Of a stretch of DNA of 64,000 nt, positions 30,982 through 39,237 are shown in pieces. The stretch comes from a bacterium (GTDB taxonomy: Bacteria > Patescibacteriota > Minisyncoccia > Phycocordibacterales > Phycocordibacteraceae). A program made the translations under genes and the position numbers. How positions within the stretch are numbered: the first letter of the stretch is position 1; every line of letters starts with the position of its first letter. The stretch lies in assembly GCA_021778295.1 (NCBI GenBank), contig JAJYCP010000001.1, positions 2,390 to 66,389 of the forward strand, given 5' to 3'. Under the pieces are notes generated by a model, which searched no databases, had not been told where the DNA came from, and saw nothing but the letters and a program-made list of their open reading frames with translations.

Positions 30982-33897
30982 ATGGTACTAACGCCTTCTT
31001 TTCAAGAAGCATACGGGAAATTGAATGCGCAGCAGAAGATAGCGGTCGATACGATCTACGGCCCGGTGCTTGTCATTGCCGGTCCCGGCACCGGCAAGAC
31101 GCAGATACTCGCGCTCCGCATCGGGAATATCCTCCTCAAAGCCGCCGGAGCGAAACCGGACGAAATCCTCGCGCTTACCTATACGGACAGCGCGGTGGCG
31201 ACACTTCGCGCGCGGCTCGCGCGTTTCATCGGCACGGCCGCGTATCGTGTCCGCATCCATACCTTCCACAGCTTCGCCCGTTCAATCCTCGAATTGCGTC
31301 CCGATCTATTCCCGCGTATCGCGCTCGGCACACATCTGTCGGCAGTACGCGGTATCGCGCTCATGGAAAGGTTGCTCGACGAAGGATCCTATAGGAAAAT
31401 ACGCAATCCGAAAAATCCGCACCGGGCTGCGAAAGATCTCCTCGATTTTATGGGAAAGTTGAAGCAAGAGCATTACACCCCGGAGAGTTATCATGCCGAA
31501 CTCGCCGCGGCATATGAGACTCTTGCAGCCGACCCCGACCGCATTCACGCGCGCGGAGCGCATGAAGGAAAGGAAAAAGGCGAGCATCTGCGGTATCGGG
31601 AGCGCATTGAGAAACATCTCGAGGCCGCGGAGCTCTTCGCCGCATACCAAGAGGCTCTGGAAAAGGAGTCGCTCTACGATTATGAAGACCTCATCAGCGA
31701 AGCCGTGCGCGGGCTCGAGGAAAACGAGGAATTTCGTGCAGAAGTGGGAGAGCGCTCGCAATTCGTGCTCGCGGACGAGCATCAGGACGCGAATCCGTCC
31801 CAGAACCGTCTTCTTGAGCTTGTCACTGATTTTGACGGCGCGCCGAATCTCTTCATCGTCGGCGATGAAAAACAGGCGATTTACCGTTTCCAAGGAGCAT
31901 CGCTCGCTTCATTTTTCTATTTTAGGGAGAAATATCCCGACGCGACGCTCATCTCACTTGATGAGAATTATCGTTCGACCGATCGCCTGCTCCTTGCGGC
32001 GCATGATCTTATCGCTCCCGCTCCCGTGCCTTCTCCAAAACTGCGCCCGCGGCTCACGGCCGTGCGCGGAGCGGGCGGGCAACTGTTCGAGGCGGTATGC
32101 GATACGCCAAGCGCGGAATACGGAGTCATCCGCGCCCGTATCGAACAACTTCACGGATCGGGCGTGCCGTACGAAGACATCGCCATCCTCACGAAGAAAA
32201 ACGCGGATGTGCTCGCTCTGGCGGAGATGCTTCGCACCGCCGGTATTCCGGAAGACCATACAAGCGCGGAGATAAGCGCTCTTGCGCATCCGGCAATCTC
32301 GCTTTTTATAGCGCTCATCCGCGCCGCGACGAACCTTGAGGATGACGCACCGCTTGCTCGCGCGCTCTTTTTGCCCGGCTTGCCCGGCACGCTCGGGGAG
32401 CGTATGCGGCTTCTCGCGCTTCCGCGGGAAGGGAAGCCGCTTGCCGCCGTGCTTGCGGAGAAGGGTACCGGCGAAATGCGTGCGTGGATGCGGAAGCTCA
32501 CGAAACTCTCGGAAGAGATGCCGGCGACACCGCTCATTCCTTGGCTTTCGCGGCTCGCTCATCTGAGCGGCTTTGTCGCGGGGATACTTTCTCTCGCCGA
32601 AAACGAGAGCGCATACGAAGCGTATCAGGGTTTTATGGATGAGGCGGCGTTCCTCGCCAAGGAGAATCCGAGCGCGACGGCATCGGATTTCCTGGCCTAC
32701 CTTACGCGCATCGAGAAGTACGAGCTTAAGATACAGCGCCCTCGCACAAAACGTTCGGGCGTGCGCATCATGACCGTGCATGGCGCGAAAGGACTTGAAT
32801 TCCCGCATGTCATCATCGCGCACGCGACCGACGAGACATGGCTGCGCGGGCGGGCCGACGAGTTTTCCCTGCTGCTTAAGAGCGAAGACGATGAACACGA
32901 TATGCGCCGCTTGCTTTATGTGGCGCTCACGCGCGCCAAAGACAGCGTGATCATAACGCGATCACAGACGACTGAAGAGAACCATGCGCAGACGCCGCTC
33001 AGGTTTCTCATCGATCTCGCGCCGCATCTGGGAAAGGCGGATTTCCCGCCATCGGTCTCCGTCCCTGTACCGTACGAAGCGCGCACCATACTTGATCCTG
33101 TCTTCCTGAAAGCGCGCCTGCTTGCACAGGGTTTTTCGCCGACCGGTTTTAATAACTACTGCGCCTCGCCGTGGCAATACTATTTCCGTACGCTCCTGCG
33201 GCTTCCGGACGCGCAGACGCGCTGGATGCTTTTCGGCACGGCCATTCATGCCGGCCTGAAATCCTATGCCGATAACGTACGGAAAGGCACCGCGGCGCCC
33301 GAAGATGCTGTCGTCGCCTTCCGTTACGAGCTGTCGCGTCTTCCGATTACTGCGCTCGATAGAAAGGAGCTCATGGAAACCGGTGCGCAGGCGCTCCGCG
33401 CCTACCTTGCGAAGGAAGGGCATTCCATGAAAGATGCGTGCGAATCTGAATTTCTTATAGAAGTATCGCTTGCAGTCCCGGGCGTCGGTGCCGTGCCGCT
33501 TACCGGGAAGCTTGATCGTTTGGATAGGAAAGCGGACGGTTCAGTCCTGGTCATCGATTACAAAACCGGTAAAGCAAGAAGCGAAAACGACATAAAAGGT
33601 CGTACCAAAAATAGCACGGGTGACTACTACCGCCAGCTGGTTTTTTATAAGTTGCTGCTCAAAAAAGACGGCCGGTACACCACGAACGAGGCTGCGCTTC
33701 ACTTCGTCGAGCCGAACGAAAAGGGAGACATCATTATCCGCCGCTTCACGATCAGCGATGCCGAGGTCGAAGCGCTCGAAGCGGAGCTTGTTTCTGCGGC
33801 ACAGGCAATCGCAGACGGTTCCGCATTTACCGCAGCGTGTGATTCTGCCAGATGCGATTACTGCGATTTGGCAGGGCTTCTTCTCAAACAGGAATGA
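30982..33897 (+). CDS. UvrD/PcrA-type helicase fused to a C-terminal Cas4/AddB-like PD-(D/E)XK nuclease with a 4-Cys cluster
   Basis: Walker A GPGTGKTQ and LADEHQDANPSQ. Nuclease motifs GKLDRLD...VIDYKTGK...YRQLVFY. Cys pattern YCASPWQYY ... CDSARCDYCD. Confidence 0.85.
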   Translation: MVLTPSFQEAYGKLNAQQKIAVDTIYGPVLVIAGPGTGKTQILALRIGNILLKAAGAKPDEILALTYTDSAVATLRARLARFIGTAAYRVRIHTFHSFARSILELRPDLFPRIALGTHLSAVRGIALMERLLDEGSYRKIRNPKNPHRAAKDLLDFMGKLKQEHYTPESYHAELAAAYETLAADPDRIHARGAHEGKEKGEHLRYRERIEKHLEAAELFAAYQEALEKESLYDYEDLISEAVRGLEENEEFRAEVGERSQFVLADEHQDANPSQNRLLELVTDFDGAPNLFIVGDEKQAIYRFQGASLASFFYFREKYPDATLISLDENYRSTDRLLLAAHDLIAPAPVPSPKLRPRLTAVRGAGGQLFEAVCDTPSAEYGVIRARIEQLHGSGVPYEDIAILTKKNADVLALAEMLRTAGIPEDHTSAEISALAHPAISLFIALIRAATNLEDDAPLARALFLPGLPGTLGERMRLLALPREGKPLAAVLAEKGTGEMRAWMRKLTKLSEEMPATPLIPWLSRLAHLSGFVAGILSLAENESAYEAYQGFMDEAAFLAKENPSATASDFLAYLTRIEKYELKIQRPRTKRSGVRIMTVHGAKGLEFPHVIIAHATDETWLRGRADEFSLLLKSEDDEHDMRRLLYVALTRAKDSVIITRSQTTEENHAQTPLRFLIDLAPHLGKADFPPSVSVPVPYEARTILDPVFLKARLLAQGFSPTGFNNYCASPWQYYFRTLLRLPDAQTRWMLFGTAIHAGLKSYADNVRKGTAAPEDAVVAFRYELSRLPITALDRKELMETGAQALRAYLAKEGHSMKDACESEFLIEVSLAVPGVGAVPLTGKLDRLDRKADGSVLVIDYKTGKARSENDIKGRTKNSTGDYYRQLVFYKLLLKKDGRYTTNEAALHFVEPNEKGDIIIRRFTISDAEVEALEAELVSAAQAIADGSAFTAACDSARCDYCDLAGLLLKQE

Positions 33898-34026
33898 TTT
33901 CCAGAGGGAGCGATGTGCGAAAGTTTTTAAAAAGCACGTATGTGTATTCTGGCATCAGTTGATTCCCGACTGCACTGCGAACCCTATAGGAAAGGAAGGA
34001 AGGTATACCATGTCAGAAACGCTACC

Positions 34027-34055
34027 TTAAATTAAATGTTAAACATTTAATTTAA
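34027..34055. repeat. Perfect 29-nt AT-only palindrome TTAAATTAAATGTT-a-AACATTTAATTTAA (copy 2)
   Basis: Arms checked base by base. Confidence 0.95.
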
Positions 34056-34112
34056 ATGCGTACTCTCGCGATCTCCCTAAGATGACATCTTATAGTTATA
34101 GATTCTTTCTCC

Positions 34113-34139
34113 TAAATTAAATGTTTAACATTTAATTTA
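34113..34139. repeat. Perfect 27-nt AT-only palindrome TAAATTAAATGTT-t-AACATTTAATTTA (copy 3)
   Basis: Arms checked base by base. It lies 57 bp downstream of copy 2. Confidence 0.95.
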
Positions 34140-34147
34140 CTCCGCAC

Positions 34148-34214
34148 GTTTTTACTGGAATCGGAGAGAACGCCCTGTCCGCTTAAGGGCGGGGATGGCG
34201 GGACTGTTTTATGG
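34148..34214 (+). repeat. Conserved hairpin element, copy A (GTTTTTACTGGAATCGG - GAACG CCCTGTCC gcttaa GGGCGGGG ATGG - CTGTTTTATGG)
   Basis: It shares a 17-nt leader, the GAAYG/ATG(R) flanks and the CCC..GGGG stem with two copies at 59220-59383. It overlaps the dsbA-like stop codon. Confidence 0.7.
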
Positions 34215-34889
34215 TGCTTCCGCGAGCGCTCGATCGACAAGCTGCTTCACAACGTCATAAGGATAGGCGCCGTCCATGACAACGGGCGTTTGGCCTGCGA
34301 CGAGGATGAGTGAGTAGGGCGCGCCGCGCGCTCCGATAGCGAGAGCGTTCTGACGGTCGGCCAGAATGCGCGCATCGACCGTTGTTGCAGCATCGGCGTA
34401 ACAGGCGGCAAAGGCACTCCCCGAGACACCCGCTGCGTATGCGAGCACGCCGTAGTTCATCGGGTCAACCGGCTGATTGGCGAAGAGGGAATCAGCAAAC
34501 TTCCAGAACGCTTCATTGCCCGCGGTTTTCGCGACGCATTCAGCGGCGCGGGCGTCATTCATGGCATTCGGATGAATTTCAGTGAGCGGGAATTCGCGGT
34601 ACACCCAAGCGACCTTGCCGCTCGCACCCTCATTCGCAATGATTTGGTGGAGCGTTTCATTAAAGCTCTTGCAGAACTGACAGTCAAAATCGGCGTATTC
34701 GACAATCATAACCTTGGCTGCGGGATTGCCGAAAATATGATCAGTCGGGCCGACCGGCCGTACCAACGCAGGGTTGCCGAGGAGAGAGCCCGTCGAAGGT
34801 TCTTTTTTTGCGACCGAGAAATACACGGCGCCGGCGATAATCAATCCGCCCAAAATAATCGCGACCGGGAGCGCATACGACGATCTCAT
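34209..34889 (-). CDS. DsbA-family thiol:disulfide oxidoreductase, N-terminally anchored
   Basis: TM LPVAIILGGLIIAGAVYF and a CxxC active site in EYADFDCQFCKSF. Confidence 0.85.
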   Translation of the reverse strand: MRSSYALPVAIILGGLIIAGAVYFSVAKKEPSTGSLLGNPALVRPVGPTDHIFGNPAAKVMIVEYADFDCQFCKSFNETLHQIIANEGASGKVAWVYREFPLTEIHPNAMNDARAAECVAKTAGNEAFWKFADSLFANQPVDPMNYGVLAYAAGVSGSAFAACYADAATTVDARILADRQNALAIGARGAPYSLILVAGQTPVVMDGAYPYDVVKQLVDRALAEAP

Positions 34890-35467
34890 AACGGAAGCGT
34901 GTGAGTCATGGTCGGAGGAGCGGTTATCGTGCGGTCCCAGAGAGACGTGTCAAGTTTTATGTCGCGTATGTCGAGCAGGTCTTTATACTTGAGCGCGCCA
35001 TGCGCAAGCGCATAATCATAGAGTTCGCGCGTGAGACGGACATCTTCGATGCAGTATGCGCGTACCAATTCCTGTTTCTCTTCTTTCCACCATTCGACCG
35101 CCTTAAGCCCGTCGCCCGCTTTCCCGCGTCCAAGCGTCGCTTCGGCGAGCGATTGGAGCCGGATACGCCGCCCGAGAACCTTCTGCACCTCGACAAGCAG
35201 ATCAAGCGAGCGCAAACGCGTCAGGTCGCCCGGGTAATAGCGATTCAGGAGCGGTATATCGAACGCATCGGAATTGAAACCGATAAGCATATCGGCGTGT
35301 TCAAGGATATGCCAGAGGCGGGGGAGTTCCTCTTTCGTGTACGAAGAATATTCGCCCGTTTTCGAATCATGAATGGCCACGACGGTGAGCTCCTGCTCTT
35401 GTACGTCGATGCGGCCGCGTACCATAGAGTCAGATATTGACTCAATGTCAAAAGTAATCGCGCGCAT
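34886..35467 (-). CDS. RNase H-like / DEDD-type 3'-5' exonuclease domain protein
   Basis: ITFDIES, LIGFNSDAFDIPLL and YCIEDVRLTRELY, in the usual Exo I/II/III order. Confidence 0.7.
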   Translation of the reverse strand: MRAITFDIESISDSMVRGRIDVQEQELTVVAIHDSKTGEYSSYTKEELPRLWHILEHADMLIGFNSDAFDIPLLNRYYPGDLTRLRSLDLLVEVQKVLGRRIRLQSLAEATLGRGKAGDGLKAVEWWKEEKQELVRAYCIEDVRLTRELYDYALAHGALKYKDLLDIRDIKLDTSLWDRTITAPPTMTHTLPL

Positions 35468-35471
35468 ACGA

Positions 35472-36740
35472 TCAGCTACCGGCGCGCAGGTGCGTCGGCA
35501 GTTCTGAAACGGGAAGACCGATCTCCTCTCCCGTGCGAAGTATTTTCATACGGACGGTCTGATGCGCAATTTCATTCGCGCCGTAGGCGAGAAAAAGAGG
35601 AATACCGCGCTTCACCGCATCCTTCACCTGCTCGCCGAGCGTCCGGTCGGTTATGTTGACGAAAACGCGGCCGCCTTCCTTGCGCAGCGTATCGGCAAAA
35701 GCTTGCGCGGCGGGTATATCCTCGGCACTCGGCGTGCCGAGGTAAAGTTGGGGCGTGTCCGCATTTCCCGTGAGCGGGAGCGCGTGCGTTTCGACGAAGT
35801 CGGCAAGCGTGACGTCGCCTATCGCAAAGCCGACCGCCGGGATTGGCTCGCCGCCGTAGAGCGCGATAAGCCGGTCATAACGCCCGCCGCCAAACAGCGC
35901 GCGCGCATTTGCCGGATTCGTATCAAAGACCTCAAAGACCATGCCGGTGTAGTAATCAAAGCCGCGCGTAATGGAGGAATCGAAAACGACGTTATTCACG
36001 CCGCGCGCCTTGAGCGTATCAATACGCTCGAAGAGTGCACGTTTTTCGCGCGCCACCGTTGGAGCATCGCCTGCATTCTCAATATATGCGAGAGGATCCC
36101 TCGCGCTCAGGGCGCTCAGGGCGACCGTAAAAGCCTCAGGCGTCATTTTCGATTTTTTATCGAGGAGCCGCAGATACCGGCGGATGCCTTCGCCTTTGAG
36201 CCCGGCGGCTTCGCATGCGGCGTTTAAAAGCGGACGGGCGTTCATCCGGATGACGAAGTCGCTTTCGCGCGCTCCGAAGTCTCGCAGGATACGCGCGGCG
36301 AGCGTGACGATTTCGATATCCGCTTCGCCCTCAGGAGGTCCGATTAAATCGATATCCGCCTGATAAAACTCGCGTAAACGGCCTTTCTGCGGCCGCTCGT
36401 AGCGGAAACGATTGCCGATGGAGAACCAGCGCAGCGGGTAAGCGAGTTCACGCCGCTTTCCGGCTACCATGCGCGCCAGCGTCGGCGTCATCTCGGGACG
36501 GAGCGTTACGCGCCGATCACCGCGGTCGGTAAAAGTATACGTCTGCTCATCCACGATTTCTTCCGACGTCTTCGCTTCATAGAGCTCTGCGCGCTCCAGC
36601 GGAGAGGCGTTATATTCCTCGTAGCCCCAGAGCGCAAGCGTCTGTCGGATACGCTCAAAGAGCGCTCTCTGGCGTGCAAATGCGTCAGGATAGAAGTCAC
36701 GGACGCCTTTATAGGGGTCGGTCGGAAGCGGCTCGGCCAT
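35472..36740 (-). CDS. hisS: Histidyl-tRNA synthetase
   Basis: Class II motifs (RYERPQKGRLREFYQ, GGGRYD) and a C-terminal anticodon-binding domain. Confidence 0.92.
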   Translation of the reverse strand: MAEPLPTDPYKGVRDFYPDAFARQRALFERIRQTLALWGYEEYNASPLERAELYEAKTSEEIVDEQTYTFTDRGDRRVTLRPEMTPTLARMVAGKRRELAYPLRWFSIGNRFRYERPQKGRLREFYQADIDLIGPPEGEADIEIVTLAARILRDFGARESDFVIRMNARPLLNAACEAAGLKGEGIRRYLRLLDKKSKMTPEAFTVALSALSARDPLAYIENAGDAPTVAREKRALFERIDTLKARGVNNVVFDSSITRGFDYYTGMVFEVFDTNPANARALFGGGRYDRLIALYGGEPIPAVGFAIGDVTLADFVETHALPLTGNADTPQLYLGTPSAEDIPAAQAFADTLRKEGGRVFVNITDRTLGEQVKDAVKRGIPLFLAYGANEIAHQTVRMKILRTGEEIGLPVSELPTHLRAGS

Positions 36741-36752
36741 ACCCCGATTGTA

Positions 36753-37289
36753 TCAGATACCGGTTGAAGAGGGCGGGGTCGAAACGTATTTGAGAATGAG
36801 GTCGCGCATCTGTTCAGGCTTCGGGATGCCGTGCATGTGGAACTTGTCGACGGCACCGGCGCTCTGCACATTGATATCGCCGATATTGAGGAGCGAGGGG
36901 AGCACACCCCGTACGTCGGTGGTCACGTCCTGGACGCGATTAAGCAATACGCTCGAGACTTCACGGGAGAAATATCCGCGCTGTTTGATGTCTACGATGC
37001 GTTCGTTGGTGAGCACCCACGCGTTTAGGAAGTAGCGGGTAAAAGCGCTCCATGCGCCTGTCCACGAGACCAAGAGCCAGACGCCGAGTGCCGCACGCAT
37101 AAGAGGTATCTGTACGGTAAAAAATGCCGCATACTGCGCCAAAGGCGGCGCGAGCCGCAGGAAACCCGGGAGCGCAAAGGGAATAACCGCAAGCAGCGCA
37201 AACGGCAACAGTTCGGCAAGGAAGAGAAACCAATGCTTGCGCGCCTGCTTCACGACGTGTTCGCCCGGCTCGAGTTCAAATTCTTTCAT
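36753..37289 (-). CDS. Membrane protein with a bacterial PH (YdbS/YdbT-like) domain
   Basis: MKEFELEPGEHVVKQARKHWFLFL, then two TM helices, then a PH-like C-terminal part. The ATG at 37289 overlaps the upstream stop (ATGA). Confidence 0.65.
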   Translation of the reverse strand: MKEFELEPGEHVVKQARKHWFLFLAELLPFALLAVIPFALPGFLRLAPPLAQYAAFFTVQIPLMRAALGVWLLVSWTGAWSAFTRYFLNAWVLTNERIVDIKQRGYFSREVSSVLLNRVQDVTTDVRGVLPSLLNIGDINVQSAGAVDKFHMHGIPKPEQMRDLILKYVSTPPSSTGI

Positions 37290-37546
37290 AGTAGTAGAGA
37301 GCCGGAAAGCGCATATGCTATGAGCGCGAATGAAACAAAGAGATGCAGAGCGATCGCGGGGAAAGCGACCCATGATGCGTGAGAGTATTTGAGCCAGTGA
37401 TAGATGGCAACGAGCGTATAGAGCGTCCAGAAAACGAAGATAGCGTAAAGAAACCACTCGACTAGCACGCCTTGCGAAAGTAGCGTGGGAAAGTGCGTGA
37501 GCAGGATTTTGGGTGGCGAAAACGGCTGGAGCGGCTGGCTCGGCAT
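37286..37546 (-). CDS. Small membrane protein (86 aa), hypothetical
   Basis: Two or three TM helices. Translationally coupled to the downstream PH-domain gene. Confidence 0.45.
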   Translation of the reverse strand: MPSQPLQPFSPPKILLTHFPTLLSQGVLVEWFLYAIFVFWTLYTLVAIYHWLKYSHASWVAFPAIALHLFVSFALIAYALSGSLLL

Positions 37547-37602
37547 CAGGGAAATGATACTACGAGGGCGAAGTGAGGCCAATACTGTTTGTGGAACAAC
37601 AG

Positions 37603-38511
37603 TCAGTATTGGGCCGAACGAACCCTCGCGTGCCTGCATACGAGGACGCGCGGAGCACCGTACTGATCGGTGCGTATCTCGACGGTGAATCCTCGTTTCA
37701 AGAACAATTCCTCGGCCGCTCCTATCGAGGGACTGTCGCACTCAATCCATGCCACGCCGCTTCGCTCGAGCCGTGCGGGCAGTTCGTCCGCGATACGGCG
37801 GATGAGCGAGAGACCGTCGGGGCCCGCGCGCAGCGCGGATTCCGGTTCCCATAGAGCAACGCTTTCCGGGAGCATGCGGTTCTCCGGGATGTAGGGCGGA
37901 TTCGCGGCTATGACGTCGAAGCGCATGCCGGCGGGGAAAGGCGTGAAAAGGTCACCGATGCGGATATCCGCACGTCCGGCATCGAGACTATTTTCGCGTA
38001 TGTTTTTCCTGATGGTCGTCTCGTGCGCAGGATCACGTTCTCCAAAATACACTTGCGCGTCCGGCAATCGCGCGAGTGCCGCACAACCGATGGCGCCCGA
38101 GCCCGCGCAGAGGTCCAAGAAAGTTGATGGTCGCACAGGCGAGCCCGCCTTCGGAATTGCATATTTTTCTGCTGAAAAATTGCTCTTATTCGCGCCGTTA
38201 CCACAAGAGTACTTCAAGTTTTCTAATTCGCTTCGCTCATAAGAAACTTTGGTCGCGCGCTCCGTACGTTCCTCAGGCGGGTTCGCCTGTGCGACACAAA
38301 TGGAAGAAAGAAGTTGCTCTGTCCACCACTCGGTCTCGGGGCGGGGGATGAGCGGGCGAGAGTCGAGGAATATCTTCAAGCCGAGAAACGGCTGCCAGCC
38401 GATGACGTATGCGACCGGCTCGCCCTTGGCGAGCCGGCGCCCATCCGCGTCAAATTCCCCGCTTCTTTTCCCGTTGTATTTTTCTTTGAGAAGCCGCTCC
38501 TCGTCCGTCAT
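37603..38511 (-). CDS. prmC: Release-factor glutamine N5-methyltransferase (HemK/PrmC) with a ~60-aa insertion
   Basis: IGWQPFLGL...LIPRPETE, FLDLCAGSGAIG and IAANPPYIP. Confidence 0.85.
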   Translation of the reverse strand: MTDEERLLKEKYNGKRSGEFDADGRRLAKGEPVAYVIGWQPFLGLKIFLDSRPLIPRPETEWWTEQLLSSICVAQANPPEERTERATKVSYERSELENLKYSCGNGANKSNFSAEKYAIPKAGSPVRPSTFLDLCAGSGAIGCAALARLPDAQVYFGERDPAHETTIRKNIRENSLDAGRADIRIGDLFTPFPAGMRFDVIAANPPYIPENRMLPESVALWEPESALRAGPDGLSLIRRIADELPARLERSGVAWIECDSPSIGAAEELFLKRGFTVEIRTDQYGAPRVLVCRHARVRSAQY

Positions 38512-38534
38512 TGGACAATGATGACATACAGGAA

Positions 38535-38568
38535 TAGAAAAAGCCCCCGCACGATGTGTGCGGGGGCC
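38535..38568 (-). terminator. Rho-independent terminator of the 38596..39099 gene
   Basis: On the minus strand: GCCCCCGCAC-acatc-GTGCGGGGGC followed by TTTTTCT. Confidence 0.8.
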
Positions 38569-38595
38569 GTGAGCAATCCAAGCTCAGATGAAAGA

Positions 38596-39099
38596 TCAGT
38601 GGATGTTGATCGAGACGACAGCATTGGCGGCCGTCGCGGCCGCGTTTGCGGTCGTGAAGCTGGTCGCCGTGGCCGAAACGTCCTGCGAGACATTGTTGGT
38701 GAACTCACCAACATTGATCGCCGGACTGGCCGGACTGGCCGTCAGGGAAGCCACGGCGTTTGCCGCCGTCGCCGTTGCGCTGCTGTAGCCGTCACTGTTG
38801 GTGATCGCGTTCGCGTCCTGGTCGATGTTTCCGGTCACGATGCCGACGTTCATGCCGACATGCTGATCGACCGTATCGGTGACGCTGACGATGCCGTTCG
38901 CCGCAGTAGCGTTTGCGATCACACCGTCGTTGGCGAAGGCGGAAGCAAACGCGTTCTGGTTGACCCCGTTGGTGAGCACGCCGACGTTGATGTTGATGGG
39001 CGCCGGATGGTGGTCGTGGTCGCCGGCGAAAGCCGGAACCGAAGCGAAGGCCATCGTGGTGAGTGCAACGAGCAGCAGGCTCATTTTGCTGGTTTTCAT
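38596..39099 (-). CDS. Secreted 167-aa Asn/Ala/Thr/Val-rich alternating-repeat protein (curlin-like / beta-solenoid-like, inferred)
   Basis: Signal peptide MKTSKMSLLLVALTTMAFASVPAFA|GDHDHH. Three (I/M)NVG-x2-T-x3-(V/I)-x-Q units alternate with three (A)TAANA/G-V units. GAGGAG RBS. It has its own promoter and terminator. Confidence 0.7.
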   Translation of the reverse strand: MKTSKMSLLLVALTTMAFASVPAFAGDHDHHPAPININVGVLTNGVNQNAFASAFANDGVIANATAANGIVSVTDTVDQHVGMNVGIVTGNIDQDANAITNSDGYSSATATAANAVASLTASPASPAINVGEFTNNVSQDVSATATSFTTANAAATAANAVVSINIH

Positions 39100-39117
39100 A
39101 ACGACTCCTCAGTGTTT

Positions 39118-39141
39118 CCCTCCGGGAGGATTCCCGGAGGG
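39118..39141 (-). promoter_or_regulatory. Perfect 10-bp stem-loop in the 5' UTR of the 38596..39099 gene
   Basis: CCCTCCGGGA-ggat-TCCCGGAGGG on the + strand; its reverse complement forms the equivalent hairpin in the minus-strand mRNA. It lies about 18 nt upstream of the ATG, before the GAGGAG RBS. Confidence 0.6.
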
Positions 39142-39189
39142 GGGTGTTGCAAGGTACTACACTTACGCGTGGAACGCACAAGCTTTTCC

Positions 39190-39218
39190 AGATTAGCACA
39201 GCTCTTGCGAGCCGTCAA
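39190..39218 (-). promoter_or_regulatory. Sigma-70-type promoter: TTGACG - 17 nt - TGcTAATCT
   Basis: On the minus strand: -35 at 39218-39213, -10 at 39195-39190, exact 17-nt spacer. Confidence 0.6.
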
Positions 39219-39237
39219 ACATGGCTTCGTGTTGCAG

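Noticed and set aside
34027-34139. Integron attC interpretation of the AT palindromes. Their centres read GTTAAAC (matching GTTRRRY) and GTTTAAC (matching RYYYAAC).
   Set aside because: The order is wrong for an attC: the R'-like site precedes the R''-like site on either strand. There is no intI gene, no cassette-sized ORF between the sites, and the heptamer match is expected by chance in an AT-only palindrome.
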